Positions 28,831 to 43,757 of a stretch of DNA of 64,000 nucleotides are shown piece after piece; the first letter of the stretch is position 1, and every line of letters starts with the position of its first letter. The stretch is from Klebsormidium nitens (Eukaryota; Plantae; Klebsormidiophyceae): NCBI GenBank assembly GCA_000708835.1, contig DF237445.1, positions 4,216-68,215 on the forward strand, given 5' to 3'. A model generated the notes under the pieces. The model was not told the DNA's origin and ran no database searches. It saw nothing but the letters and a program-made list of their open reading frames with translations. Made by a program: the position numbers and the translations under genes.

Positions 28831-30377
28831 ATGGCGTCCACAGCCTGTGCTATGAGGTTGGGGGCATTGAGCGCACCCTCGATTAACCTGCACCCCAGGC
28901 AATATGCGCCTCATCAGAGCATTGCTGTCCTTAACTTGAATAGGAACACGCCCAGTGGCCTAAGAAGCATTCGGTCAAAAGGTCGAATCACATGCTCTGT
29001 GGGTAAGTTGGTTTTCTCCGGCTGTTTGCAATCAGGAGGCCTATTTGGTGCCTATCATGACACGCTCACAGGCACTTTGCAATCGTTTACCTGAACTTGG
29101 AATTGGGAGTGAAAAGGGAGGATGTATGATTTGTTAATGGTTGTGCTTACGTTTCGAGGCCTTGCAGATGGCCCCTTGTAATTTAGGATGCTCTTCAGGT
29201 CTCCTTGAGATGAAGTTACCTTTCCCTAAAGCAGGGTGTCTGTGGCGGTGGAAAAGATGCTTTCCGAAAGGGCTTGTAATTTCTTGCAGTATTTCACTGA
29301 ACTCGCTTGAAAATGGGGCTTCTTGATGCTTGCGCAACATTACGTTTGAGGAGCAGGTGCAGAATATTACAAAGGACTTTGATCATTATGAGATATCAAT
29401 CTCTTGATCTTAGGGTTGCAGCGATTGCAGAGCCAATAAATGAACGCAGTAGGTGGTGATGCCCTATATCTCTGACGTCATATTAATTGCTCGTCAAACT
29501 TCTGGGGCACTTGAAGGCAACCCTTGCGACGGACAATTAAATCAATAAGCAACGATATTTCCTTCAGAAGAACGGAAGCGTCTAGAGCGAAAGTTGTGAC
29601 AAACGGGGGCCGTATGGCAGTTCCCAGACAATGCTGGCTCGGAAGCATTTGTTTCTGTTATACTCAAAGGGTGGTGCATCTTGTGCAGCAACCCCTTCTC
29701 CCCCAACTCTTCCCCCGGCTATCAGCCTCTCAGAAAAGGCCCTCGCACACATCAAGCGGATGCGCAACGAGTCGGGAAAAGATCTGACGCTGAGAGTGGG
29801 GGTCCGGCAGGGCGGCTGCTCAGGCATGTCGTATGTGATGGAGTTTGAGGAGCGGGCAAACATCCGGGAAGAGGACTCGTTGATTGACCAAGAGGATTTC
29901 ACAATGGGTAAGTCATGTCGAATCCCCTTTTGGCAATGCCGTAGATTTCGTATCATCATCTGGATAGTACCCTGTGGTTGTGCTAGGGTCGGTGGTTCTT
30001 TTGTGTTGAAAAAAAGCGGCCATAAAGGACAAGGACTATAGATGATCAGTCTGGTAGGATGGACTCGACAGCGTTGAAATTGCTCTTCTGAACTTTGAAG
30101 TACTCCATGCTGGTAACCGATCCCTCAGGACGTACATGTAGCCACTATTCTTGGTCAGCTGGCGCTTGATCACTGCGGTGCTTTGTGTGCATATCCTGGT
30201 TTACGAAACATCGCTGTGACATGCCAGTGTTTTCTTGCAGTGTGTGATCCAAAGAGCCTGCTTTACCTGTTCGGCATGCAACTAGACTATAGCGACGCAC
30301 TGATTGGGGGAGGGTTCAGCTTCCAGAACCCCAACGCCTCATCCACCTGTGGATGCGGCAAGTCGTTTGCAGCTTGA
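28831..30377 (+). CDS. ISCA: Plastid iron-sulfur cluster assembly protein IscA/SufA (HesB family)
   Basis: 3 exons (28831-~29001, 29689-29907, 30241-30377). Transit peptide; [15 protein letters not shown]; [43 protein letters not shown]. Confidence 0.96.
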
Positions 30378-31648
30378 GCATGCGGCTACAGCTTGGTTTG
30401 CTTTTCCTTGGAGCACCAAATCTGTATATGGGCAATCAAATGCCAATAAGCACCTGTACAGTCCGAGTTTCTTTGCAGCATTGTCAGCGGTCTCTAGCAC
30501 TTGCACTGACCAGCCTTATAGTTTTGGCCATGCCAACGTGTTTCAGAAGTAGGTCAAGGATATACCTTGAGCAACCTGGTGTATCAAAGATCCAGCTTGG
30601 TCTTTCAACAATTTTGGCGTCTCCAATTGAGTGCCCAGTGCTTCAAGTCACAAAACAATTATTCACCTCAACAATCCCCTGCATGCTGCATGAAGTCGCA
30701 TCACATGCAAAAGATCGGCGGCACATGCACTTACGCGAGGATTTTGATAAAGCGATCTGTATCAAGTCATTGCGTGGTTATGCATTCCGCGCAGCAGAAG
30801 TATTGGGAAAATTTTGCAAATCGCATATAACAAGCTCGTCTTCATACTTGAATTAAACATTTGCCCCTATACAAGCTCATCAATTCTGCATTCGAAAGCG
30901 TGGTTTAGCTTAGGCTCTTGCAAACCTCTTGCCATTGTCGTTCGCAAAATGTGCAATATCTGCCTGCCGCAGTGCAAATGATTCGTGCTCCCGCGACCAT
31001 GCCCACATGGCGCAGGCCATGAGCTCAGCAGTGCTCACTGGTTCTGCCGCGCAGTTACCATAGCTGGCGCCGCACGGCGGCCTTAGCCATGTCATCGAAT
31101 GTCTCACACTGTTAGTAAGCTTTGAGCAGACCAGTGCAGCGCCTAGGTGCCATGGAGCATGCGACCTGACCTGAATATATCATGACAGGACATCGGCACT
31201 TATATCCCGTGCATAACATCCGAGTGCAGTGTCGTCTTGATACTGACGACAAAGCTCTGGTTCCATAGAGAAATGCCTAGCATTAACCCTACATGATGCT
31301 TTCCATGGCCTTTGACCAGGGCTCACTGAGCGCGGAAATCGCATGATTTAACTTTCAGATCAGAGATCACGATTCTGCTGAGTGGGGAAAAGGTCGACAA
31401 GATTGAAAGCCTCCCTCAAGGGGCGCTTATAAACACTTCTCGCACAATCATAGAGCTCCGTGACCATGTACCTTCAACTCGTGAACCGTGGCAGTCGCCT
31501 TACAACCACCCAACGCATGCGTGCTCGAAATCGAAACACAATTACCTGGACTCCCGAGTATGCCAGTGCACCTTTCTTTCAATACCTACCCGCCCATGAC
31601 TCCCTCAGGTGCCAGGGCTCTGGCTATTTCAGCCGCCAAGAATGTGCG

Positions 31649-34600
31649 CTACAAAAAGTAGTTCGCAAAGGGGAGCCTGGAGATCACCCCTTTGGCGGCC
31701 TGGTTGACCTGCCTCAGCGCGGTCACATGCGGCTCATCGTCTTCCACGGGAACAATCCTCGCCAGCGTTCCTTTTCGGAACAGCTCCACTACCCGATTCG
31801 CGGCCTCCAGGCCCGTCACGAAGGCTTTCTCCTGTGCCACATCAGAGCCCGAGTGAGCATCAACCGGGCAAACGAATTATGAAAAGCAGGGACGGCATCC
31901 TCATGTGACAGACTCAAAAGAAAAGGGGGATCAAAACTAACGTGAAATGAGTATCTTACTCCGGGTTCAAAATAATTTGCTATAGTATTGGGAGACGGAG
32001 TCAGCGGTTGGGCGCAGTGTGCCTTTCAAACGCCACCTGCCGCCTTCCATCAATCGTCAGGTGAGGGGCCTTCCGAAGGGCCTTTGATCCGTCTCGTAAA
32101 CCAATACAGAATGATATAACCGTGACGGTCGAGCTTCTACCAGGCCTGTCGAATGCGTGATTGGCATTAGACGTAGTCGTATCAAACGGATTTTTAATTT
32201 GTGATGGCTTCTTTAAGGTTCATAACTGCACAGAAACTTCTCAGGGCAATCACCTGCGACCACGAGCCGTGCCGGTTGACGATCCAGTCACCGCTCATAA
32301 ACACGTTGGGAAAGCTGGTAGTGCCGCGCATCAGGCTGGGGTACGAGCCTGCGAAGGACAGGTTTAAGGGCCAGGTTAAGGGTAGGGCCATAGAGCAGCA
32401 TGACGGGCTGCGTAGCTCGAGCGAATTGAGGCACGAAATTGCGAGAAGTCCAACTAGGAACCAAAGTAATGGTGGTGCCTAACACAGCCTCGGTTTAGGA
32501 TTTTGGAAAGCAGCAAAACCATGCGGTCTCAAATGATGGTCTGTGAGCTTGTCGAGAAGTAATGGCGTGAACCGGGAAGAAGGAGAAGATGGAGCAACTT
32601 ATACGGGCTCAAAAATCCTTGACGTTCCGAGTGAATGCCGCCTTGAGTTGCTCGAAGGTCCATATAGAAGCCCGAGTGGCTGGAGCAGGAAGTCCAAAAC
32701 TCGCCGGTGTTCTATAGAGTCCCTCGGTCGGGCTTCTATTCGGGATCTGCAGCCTCGAATACGGCCGCGAACTAGATCCTAGCTTTGTTCCGACTTTCGT
32801 ACTGGCTGAACCGAGGCCTCTTCAAATGTGCAACACTACGGCCAAAGCGAACGAAACTCTCAGCAGATATAATGAACGCCCGCTCGCTTCTCACCTGGTG
32901 AGAAGTGCGTGACCGCCCGTCGCACTCTCACGACCGCCGACTCTTTGACACTGGCCGTTCCGAACTCCGGTATACACGTGGCAAGATAGCTCTGGACCTT
33001 CCGCACGATGGCGTCATCGCTTAGAGGCAGGAATTGGTTCGCATGGTACTGCAGGGGCGGACACGCAGAACGTCAGCTCCTCTCGCGGACAGTCAGGATC
33101 GATGACGTCAACTTTAGTGCCTTTCATTCGTCGTGTTACTTTTACAAGGGAGAGGGGGTCAGAGGAGAGCCCAGCTTGAAAGGAACAGTTCGGAGGCGCC
33201 GGGAAGCTTTCAAGCATACAGGGGGACGAGTTTGCAATTTAAAAGTGACGTCGCCAACACCAAAGGCCGCAAAGCACAACAGGTGCTCTTGGAGGACTAG
33301 TGCGCAGATAAGCCATCGCGCAACTCGATCATAGTACGGAAAATACCGTAAAAACGGTGCCGCTTTGCACGTGGAGAAGCGGAGAGTAAGGAGGATACAT
33401 GTTGTCAGGTTCCGAAACAGCAGGAGTCCGACTGAGAACACAACTGAGAATTCGTTTTAATTGTGGTGCCATGAACAATCTTTCCTGGGACTGGATTGTA
33501 ATAGAAGTGCCATAAAGACCTCAACAACATCCAAAGCACAGACACCGGGATTTGTAGGACAGGTTTGGACAAGAAATTGGGCCTTCCTTCTCTTACATGA
33601 AAGGAACCAGACAATCCATTGAATCATTCGTCTAGCTGTAGACGTGAATAAAAAGCAGTGGGCACTCACAAAGTCCGCTTCGACTACGGTCCCCGGTTCG
33701 TCGCGGTACTCGTCGTGCAGCGCGTTGAGGTCGAAGAACGTCCAGCCGGTGGTGCTGTCAAAGCCGAAGCACGCGTTGCTGGGCTTGGGGATGGGGATCT
33801 GCAAACCACACGGGGGGGCGTCGCAACCCAAGTCGCTCTACTTTTGGCTCGGCACAATGGCAAGACAACACCGAATAACCGCAGCTAAAGCCAACTTTTG
33901 CTATCTTTTGGAAAGTTTCGAGAAAGTTCACAACCTGGCAGGCAAAGCGCACCGACGCCGAGGCGTACTAAATCAGGAAAGCTGTGCATTCGCTCAAGGA
34001 GGGGAATTGAGTCAAACGCCTTTGGTCGAGTAGGATACCCAATTGATCCGTTGCCAGCAGCACATTGCCGCTTCTCCGCAGAGTGCCTCCATCGATGCGG
34101 TTTTCGAGGGAGGCAAACACGAAAAGAGCACATTAGAAGAAGCAAAACGATGGCGCAGAGGAATTCCGGATCTCGAACGCGGAGGAGAGAGACCCGTACC
34201 TTTTTATCCAGCCATAGCCGGACAGCCAAAATGTCCACCGCGCCTAAGTTCGCTGTGCTCAGAAATTCGTCCCGCGTCCGTAGCACTGAGCTGCAGCCAG
34301 AGGAGAAGGGTTCTTGACATGTTAAAATGAAGAATCCATGCAGCATACGAGAGCTCGAACACGGCGTTTAAGTGTGGCATGAAACACAATCATATTGGTG
34401 CATTTGGATCACCTAGTTCCTCTTTTGCAGTGTGCTCGTTGATGTGGTTTGGGGCGTTCCCTCTAACTGTTCTGTGCTGCCCGCCCTGTTCTTTATCGTA
34501 ATTGCTGTTCTCAACGGACCGAGCTAAGAGAGCTGATAAGCGACATACAATCAACCGGCAAGCCACGCAGTCAGATTCGTGGGCCTCGTCCTCATGGATC

Positions 34601-37600
34601 GGAATCTCGTAATTGTCAATGGATCCAAGAGCATTCATTTCCCTGAAGCATTTTCATGACAAGGTGCATCATCAGTCTAGACGCCAGACGCGCTAACCTT
34701 CCCGCCACGATTCTCTGCATCCCACTGATCCCCACCGAAAAGACAACGGTGTCCGCGTCGAACGTCTCGTCCCCGCACACCACGCCCGAGACGGCCCCGG
34801 TCTGCTCGTTTAGAACCAGGTCTGACACGCGCTTGTTCGCCAGGAACCGTACGCCCTGGTTCTGCATGCGCTCAACCCACGGCCGGAAGATCTGCTCGCC
34901 CACCGTGCCCCGACACCAGACGACGTCGAAGTCGGCCTGCGCGAAGGTTACGAGGCAGTCTGAGTCCAAAGTAACTGTTTCAGGGCATCAACATTTGCAT
35001 TTCACAAGGTTCGGTCGTACCGATTCGGGAGACGACATCGAAAGGCTCGAACCTTTGCTGTCAGACAAAAATGATACACTGATTTTTCCTGTTCAACGTC
35101 ACATCTGTGCGATCTCACCTCTCCTTGTTGATTCATGAGTCGCGCCCTCCTCAAAAGCTGACGCGTAATGCCAACTTGCGGTCTGCATCAACCGCTTACC
35201 TCTGCCAACTCTGATACAAGCAGCTGATTGAAAAACGTGCAATGCGCTGCTGAGGCGCAAGTCTCCTAATCTGAGCGAAAGCAAAGAGCTCGCCCGTTTA
35301 CCTGGTGCGCTAGGATGAAGTAGTAGAGCATGCCGAGCGCCGCGGCCGCGCTGCACTGCTCCCCCGGGGCGAATAGCCCGACCAGCAGCATCGGGTTGAA
35401 CGCGTCGGTGTACACACGCTCCGAGCAGCCGTACATCTTGAACAGCTCGCGCGCCGTTACTGCAGACGAAGATATTTGTTCCGAGAAAAATAGGAAAAGA
35501 TAGGCTTATGGACGTCTGGAACAAAGCTCGGGGGCCGGCGGAAGCGGGACCACATGAATCTAGGCCTGGACAATCAATGATTAACACGGTGGAGTAGACC
35601 TGCTTCAAGATATATGCACCTTTGATCTGGATCGGTGTGCGCTCGCCTGAGCCGACGGAGAGCCGACGGGACGGTCGAACGAATCAGTTCGGCCGACGTT
35701 TCGGCCAGCTTTTGTCCTCGTAGCTGCCTTGGTCGCCTGGTGAAAGCTTGCGAGAGATGAAAGTCGATGCAAGAGTGCCTCCGGTCCATGACGACTAAAA
35801 GGTTTCCGTGAGAATATTGACTTCACTCTCAATCGACGTCCTCTCCTGTACCCTGCAACACGTCCAAGCACAGCATGCTAGACACAACAAATCCTTTTGT
35901 ATATATTACTGACTGAGCATACGCCCCCCGCACTCACGTTTGTCGTACTTGCTCCACGCCTCGTCGCTGTTATCAAAGTCCACCACCGCATACATCAGCG
36001 GGAGCGCCGTCAGCCTATCCGCGAGCGGCAGCCTTTGGAACTGCGTCCAGACGAAGGTGCCCAGGGGACTCGGCAACCGCGGCATCTCCTGAAAGATGGG
36101 CGACTCGACTTCTAAGCCGAAGGGGCTGTACTGGGAAGATTTGGTCCAGTCGGTGAAGGGGCGCAGGCCGAGCTCGTCCGTCAGCGCGAAGATGTTGCGG
36201 TAGGGGTACCAGAAACCTGGGCGGAAGGGGTGGGGTTTCGGGAGAAGATAGTTTAGGGGACACACGAAGCCTGGGCGGAAAGTGGGAAACTTGGGCGGGT
36301 AGCAGATACTGTAAGCGTGAGCGAGAGGGGAGTGGATCTTTGTATGAGAAGCGGAAGGGGAGGGTTAAACTACAACAACTTGGGAGTGGGGGAGCAAATC
36401 AGAGGTGGCTTCGCTTTGGGCATGGGGTCTCAAAAAGCTGGGCGGGAGGGGATGCGGTCGGGCACTGAATTGGAAGATAAGCAATAGTCTGTAACTGGAA
36501 TCCTCTTTGAAGAGGAGAGAAAGTCAGAGGTGGAAATAGTGGTAGCTTACGTGCATCGGAGCACGTTCTGACCTTCCTGTCTCTTGGATCCTCGTCTGTC
36601 CGAACTTTCTGTTCCGATTCTCCTTTGAAGATCGATCACTCGAAAACTCCGGAATTAGTGCAGCTTTATGCAAGGCATCGTAGGCTCTCTTCAACTTGCC
36701 CGTTCTCTTGATAGAATGTACGCTTCGTTTTGGGTTTCCTTTTGTTCTTCATCTCGTTCCAAGCTCGTTAAACTTTACAAATCAACGAGGTCATACTTAC
36801 CGTCAGGGCTCCTGCCGTCAGCCCAAGCCCGACTGAGAATGGCATTTAAGTAGTTCTTAGATCTCTTGAAAAAAAGACCCACCGCCCTGAATTTTAATCT
36901 TTCTTACTTGTCGTTCTTTCTCCCATTCGTTCCTCCCTTTCCCTCAACCCTTCCCTTCTTCTTCGTTTCTTTCATTCAACAAAATCAAGCTCCTGATCCG
37001 TCCGCCCACGGCTATTTGTGAAAAGTAAGTCTGGCGCGAACTCGAAACCAAACCCATGGAAGGATAGAGTTCTGTCCAAAAGTAAGGACTTAAAGCGCAA
37101 ACTCGAATACTGCAAACCTCACTGCAAACCTCAACAAACTGGAATGTGGCCCCGGGCAGGACAACACAAACTTCAGGTTGACACCACTTAACGGCTCACC
37201 ATGTATCCCCACCTCAACGGAGCGGCCAGCGTCAGTCTTCCAGCCCGCCACTAGGCCCCCTGGCTGAGGCCCGGCCTCAAGCAAAGTGACATCAAAGCCC
37301 TGCAAAATGAAGACGTATCCTCGATAACTCTTTCCAGAGATGGGCAGGCTTCAAACACCGAAGCAGACCTCCAAGTTTAGTTCTGTGTTCCTCGTAAAAC
37401 TGGCGGACAACTTTTTACGAATATGTCCGCAAGGAGTCCCTTGACACACTCCATCACTTCCAAAAGGAGCCCAGGTCCAACCCAAGACTCATATGGTGTG
37501 CGCTTTCTTGGCTTCTTGAGATATCAAATTCTCCCCTGAAAGATGTTCATTCCATGGTCCACATACTGTGATTTGAACAGCAAGTTGATCTTTAGAGCCC

Positions 37601-38397
37601 CTCATCAAATAACATCAAAGTCATCAGTTCTTTCATCCCACAATCTGAGCTTTCATTGTCACCGAACACGCAGCATCAATTTCGAAAGTGGTCATGTTTC
37701 AGATGGGGCAAGTGATCTGCTGAGCGCCTGTCCCAGAAAAGACAAGAGCTAGTGAGCCATGCTCTTTGGACCAGAACGTGACCAGACTAGAAGACTGAGA
37801 TAGGACGCTCCATCAAGCCCCAAAGCCTCTGAAGAAAGTAAGACTTTTGCAGAGGCCCTACTCATCCGCTTGACGCATCAGCAAGTCAAGCATAGAGAAG
37901 AACTTCTTTCTTGCCTGTTTGATGAGGTGGTGTGCTGCGCCCAGACCTGCCCACCCTGCCCCTACTACCACCACCTTTTTCTTTTCCTCACCCCCCCCTT
38001 CTTTCGCTGCTTCATGCCCCCCCCCAGAGAAACTCTCCTTCAGCTGCAACGATTTTCCATCACCCACTGGACCTACTTCCAAAGAGGCGCGTATTGAATG
38101 CCGGCCGCCTCTCAATGATTGATTCTTTCTGGGGCTTCTTTCAGTTAGTTGGACAGATGTGCATCCGAACCACTGCAGATCTCCTGATAAGAAGTTGCAT
38201 GAAGACACCTGTGCGGACGGGTTTCCTACGTTCCTAGGGCTTCGGAAGCGCTGAGTAGATGGAAGATGGGCGTAGGGTCGATGATGTGAGGTGGTGTGGC
38301 AAGCAATTGCTCCATTAGACCCAGAAGTCACTTGAGAGGATCGATGCAGGAATCGCACCCCCACAGGATTCCATGCTGGTGCGGCGACCGCCTGCAT
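31649..38397 (-). CDS. Plastid-targeted FAD-dependent oxidoreductase, flavin amine oxidase / carotene desaturase superfamily (cyanobacterial type)
   Basis: 10 exons. Long transit peptide; Rossmann motif [18 protein letters not shown]; GFDVTLLEA; [13 protein letters not shown]; C-terminal [25 protein letters not shown]. The first intron (37300-37914) has a GC donor. Confidence 0.9.
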
Positions 38398-38989
38398 TGT
38401 GCAATGCTTTCCAAGAATTATCTCTCAGACAGTATGGTCTGCCGCCCTTCTTTCCACAGTTGGAGAGCGAGAACTTCTTATGCCCCGCAAATGACAGCGT
38501 GGTGAGTGTAGTGGTGAGAGGGCTCCAAAACTTGAAGAGCTTGTGTCTAAACAACGAATGGCAAAACTAAAACCTCAGGAACTTCACGTTCGAGTTCAAC
38601 TTCAAGCAGAGTTTTCCGAAGTCCTGCATTTGCAAATTGCAGTGACGCCCTTGCCTGGCAGAGGCAGTGGAAGTGGCTATGGAGTTGGCCACGTCGTCCA
38701 TTTATCCGGACGCCGTCAGAATGTTGGTCCGACTGGTTGAAGGCCGTCCAGTTTTGGTATTTGATTCATGGACCGTCGATCTACCTCTGTATGGTCCTTC
38801 AAAGTTGCCCCTAAATTTTTCTCGGACGTCCTCATTATGAATGTGGTGTAATGCAGCCATTTGCCAGTGCCACTGATGAAGCTGGTGGCAGATTGGATTG
38901 CGCATTCATCCATTCAAGTGGCATTAGAATCGCCTTTGGGGCGTCATTAGGGCTGCAAAGCTGACTCCACAGTTTCAGATCAAGCCATC

Positions 38990-41900
38990 ATGCAGAGGTA
39001 AGAAACTACTCTTTCATTGCAAATGCAGGGAGCTCGGAGAGCAAATGCTTCAGTGGCCCCCTTGTTATGCCTATACACTTTCAACATGCAGAATATCATA
39101 TCCTTTTTTAATACCATAGAGACTCTTTTCCGTCAAACCAATCATCTGGCATGCCCCACACATATGCATTTGCTGTTGTGTGGTAGACTTGCTTACACCG
39201 CTTTTTCAGCTGAGCCTTTTTACAATCTACATTACAAGTCAGAACTATTGCCACCTTGAGCTGCCGCCGTGAGCTTTGCATCTTGCAGACGTCGGACATT
39301 CAAGCTCCCCTTTCCTTCTTGCATTGTTATGTTGCAAAGCCTTAGTTACTGTAGCTTTGACCCCAACTGCACCCGTGCTCCCAATTGCAGAATGTGGGCT
39401 TTGTCTTCTTAAATTGAGGAAGTTTCGTCTCACCACTCAATGACACCATCAGGCGCGCGAAACTTGATTGCTTGATTGACAGGATTCGGAACTTCACTCT
39501 CAAACAACTCAATCTTGTCCGAATTTTTGGCCACAAACTTTGACATGTGGGGTCGGCCGAAAGTTGTGGCTCAAACTTCAAGGGTTTAAAACTAAAGCTT
39601 TGCCGGTAGGACGGGTGCTTGTTTGCAGTAGCTATTTCATTGCAGCTACACCAAATGTATCGGTACATGGCACTCCTCCGATGCATCTGCTATGACCAGA
39701 ATACTTTCGAAAAGCCTGCACGCTTCAATCCAAGCAAAGACTCACTTTGGTTTCCACTCTTCTCATCTCAGATGCCTTGTCTCTTGTCTTGCAGTTGCAC
39801 AGTTGTTGGCGCTGCGGCGCCCCAAGTTGCTGCTTGCCTGGGGCAGCACAGACTGGCAAAGTCTGGTGCGCAACACCAGTTCGCTGCCAAGGTCTGTTCA
39901 CAACCACTGATCTCTTGCTGCCTTTAAACCCGCAACTCACCCAGCATTTGCTTGACAAGAGAAACGCCCCAAGACAAGTTGTTCACTTACTACAAAGAGC
40001 ATCACTGGTTTACAGTAGCCGGGCAACTCACGTTGATTGCTGATGACGTTCTAGAAGGTGCAAGAGAACTTCTGAGGTTTTGTTCAATTGCCAAAAGTTG
40101 ACATTATTCCCTGAACTGCAGATCCACCCCCAATTCTCCAAGTCTGTCTCCAAGCCAAGCAGCACCAGCAAGAGAGCATGTGTTGTAGCCTCCAGCGATG
40201 AAACTACAGGCAAGTTGCAACGCCCTGCAGATCCTCGTGACACTCCATGGACCCAACCCATCCTCCTGAAACTTATCATGTTCCTCAATCTTGGTGTCGT
40301 ACATCGATAGGACTCGCTGCATCAAAGGAGTATCCTATTGATTGTCGGGTGTACTTACTGACAATTGACTTTGGCTCTGCCAGCTGCCCCTTCAACCACA
40401 AGAAGGGAGATCCTCCTAGGGGCTGCCACCGCCCTGAGCCTTGCCGCTCTCCCCGCGCAGGCTGCAAGTAAGGTCGCCTCACTCCCCACCATATACTCTT
40501 GGCAACCGATTGTCAAAGTCGTACCTTTGACTCTGGTCTAAAAGCGAAAAACTTCTGAAGCACTCTGTCTCTGACTAGGCGGGGAGCAGAGCTTTGATCT
40601 GTTCTCTTGAATCCTGATATAGGAGCGACCAAGTTATCGACGGCTCTCTCCTGTGTGTGCAGACGCTCCTGCAGGTTTCAAGGTCTCAGAGGATGCCTCT
40701 GAAGGATTCAAATTCCTGTACCCCTTCGGATGGGAGGTGAGCAATCCTCTGCAGCCTCGATCATTCTGCCTGTTTCTGTCATATAGTTCAAGGTTGTCCA
40801 AGCCCTACATAGCGTCCTTTGTCTGAGGAAGCCAGTCGTTCGTGAAGAGACGCTTCGAGCCCTTGAATTGCAGAGGCACCTCGATCAGGTCCCAAGTGTT
40901 GGGTCACCCCTGTCAGAATTCTCACATCTTGGCACGCTGCCCTGGAGCGAAATCGAATAACTCGGTCATCAAATATCTGGCCAACGGAAAAGCGTCGGAC
41001 TCATGTTGCTGGTTGCTTCCCGTCAATGAACACTTTGAAGCAAGCAAGGCTCAATCTTTGTTTCTCATTTCGCAGGAGGTCTCGGTTAAGGGGCAGAAGG
41101 TTGTGTACAAGGACGTAATCGAGCCCCTGGAGAGTGTCAGCGTGACAGTTATTGGCACCGAGAAGGAAAAGCTGAGCGAGATTGGGAGCCCACAAGAGGT
41201 ACGATCCGGTGAATCTGGACCTTTTGTCGCTTGCCTCCAGAAAAGCAAATGACGAAGCGCCATTCTCGTGAACACAGTGTGACGGCAGACCCAATTCTAT
41301 GTGGAGACGGTCGAGCAGCGCGATATATCCTTGCAAGACAGTGCAATTGCAAATGGTAGGTTTTCCCACTTGTCACCACACTCACGGCATGCTTGGCAAT
41401 CTGCAGGTCGCCCAAAACCTGATTGATCAGGTGCTAACGTCACCCACTCAAGAGCCCAAGCTCTTGTCTGTGAACGAGGTAGGGTGTTCTGTTTGCTTCT
41501 GGTGCTCGCCGATTTTCGAGTACATCAAGTCTTTTGTGCGAGAGAATCATACAAACTTATCGACATCGCTAGGCATATGAGCTGTGGATACATGATGCTC
41601 TTTTGTTGTTCGCTTCACTTTCAGGTATTTGCTGCCAGGAAAAGCACAGCGCTTACAATCAGTTCTTGTGCACATGCGGCCTCCTCTTATTTCGCCCGTG
41701 AGGATGAACTAATCGTTTACAGAAAGGAGCAGTTTCTAACTAGAGAATCATCCGAAGCCGCTCGAATCAAGCCGCCATTCTAGGTCTTCTCTTATGCTGG
41801 CAGGGCATCATTGCCTTGCTCGCTCAATCCTCCAGAACGGACCAATGGCTTTCGTGATGAGATTTACTTTTTGTCCAATCGCAGAAAAGCGACGGCAACG

Positions 41901-42281
41901 GGAAGACGTACTACCAGTTTGAGTACACGGCAAAGTCCCGCAACTTCACGAGGCATGCGTTGACGACCGTAGGCATTTCTAGAGGTGAGGATCACTTCGT
42001 AACTGTATGTCAACTCTGAATGAGGGACATGAGATGGATTTCACAACCATATACCCAATGGCTTGAGAGCTGCCTCCTGAATAGGATGTGGGCATTACAT
42101 ATGGGGATCGTCTCGAACTCATGTGCGCACAACCTTGAACAAGGAAACTTACACGGAAGACTTCTGGTGTGGCCTTGCAGGAAAATTCTATACCCTCACA
42201 ACAGGAGCAAACGAGAGGAGATGGAACAAGGTCAACAACAAGTTGCGCACTGTGGTCGATTCGTTCTCGCTAGCATATTGA
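38990..42281 (+). CDS. PPL1: PsbP-like protein 1 (thylakoid lumen)
   Basis: 9 exons; the first contributes only 8 coding nt (ATGCAGAG|gtaag, 38990-38997). Bipartite transit peptide with a Tat motif (TRREILLGAATALSLAALPAQA). FLYPFGWE, YKDVIEPLESVSV, GKFYTLTTGANERRW. Confidence 0.92.
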
Positions 42282-43757
42282 GCTGCATGTGTTGCAGCAA
42301 GAATCTATTGATCTGCAGAAAGTCTGAAATTTTGTAGAATTTCAAGAGGCGCACCCTATCACAAAGGCCTGCTTTGCCTCGAACCAGAGCCGTGTTGCCA
42401 TCGACTGACAGTGTAGGGAACTGAAGAGCCAAGGGTTTGAACCTGATTGCTTGCTAGAATGTCCCTTCTGGGTTGCCTAAGATAATATTGCGTGTGCAAA
42501 TCAATCAAAAGCTGGCAGTACATTCACAGCAACCTTCTCCTCTTCTGTCAACATGAATTGTGGCGGCCCAGGCTACCTCAATGGTGGGCCTGCAGTTCTG
42601 TCCAGTCGATCATTGTCGAAAGCTGCTGTGCATTCAAGGTGCTGTCTGCACACACTGTAAACATTATGAACAACGTGTGATTCGAGTCTTTGTCAAAGAT
42701 CTTGGCAAACGATCTCGCCATGTGAATGGACTGTTGCACTATAACTGCAGCTCAGGATGGGTTGTCGCATAACAAATCGCCCTTTCGTGTGCCAGTTTCG
42801 ATATGATAGATTGAATTCGCATGATCGGATCACATGATGCATGCACCTAGTTGCCGCACTACTATTACTGCAATTTTAGGAAAGCCCGCGCTCGGCGCTA
42901 ACCATGCGTAGCATCATTGCACAGCTGGAGGTGCTTTCACATGCTCTAGTACGACGTACTCAGTTGTACGCCACAGCAAGCACCGAGAAATCATTGGAGT
43001 GGATCAACTCATCAGTGAACGGCTTCCTCTGGTACCTTCTGGGCACCGCCGGCTATATACTGCCAATGTTGCAGTTAATTCGAATTTAGATAGATCAAGT
43101 TTGGCTGTACGTATAGATAACAAGATAGTGTAGTACCTTCAAGTGACATTCTGAATGGCCTACCTGAAAACTGCAGCGCCGAAATTCTAACCTGCTCTGC
43201 ACGTCGGATTCACCGTTCGATATCCAGTTTGTATCTCCCATAATCCAAAAATTCAAATTGCCCATCGTACATCGACGCTATATACTTGGACAATCACTTC
43301 GATAGTCACTCTATGCTAACGTCGATGTCATTGTCAGCTTCTGCCACTGTTCCAAAAGTAGCCAAAGCTAAAGTCCCCCAATAAGTGCAAAAGCAAAGTC
43401 GACGCAATCTGCGCAATCCGCAGTCGTTGCTTCGGTAACAGAGGTGAACCACCGACTTGTGCGAATAGCGCTCGCCTGAACCCCCATCCGCCGGAACTGC
43501 AAAATTGGCACTGGATCGAGCCCAAGTGAGGGTCCGGCTTTCGAGCCCTCGGAACGAAAGCAGGCGCTCCCAAAAGGCGTACATCAACTGTAGCCCGTTG
43601 ATACCCGCGAAGTTATCACTTTGCCGGTGATGTGCGCGGGCGTAGTCTGTACATTGGCTCACACGAGATTGAACACGCACTGAGGCCATGGACTAGGGCG
43701 AGAGTCCAAGAGACTCTGCAGGGGGCCGAGAATTCTCATACGTCAACTTGGCTGACG

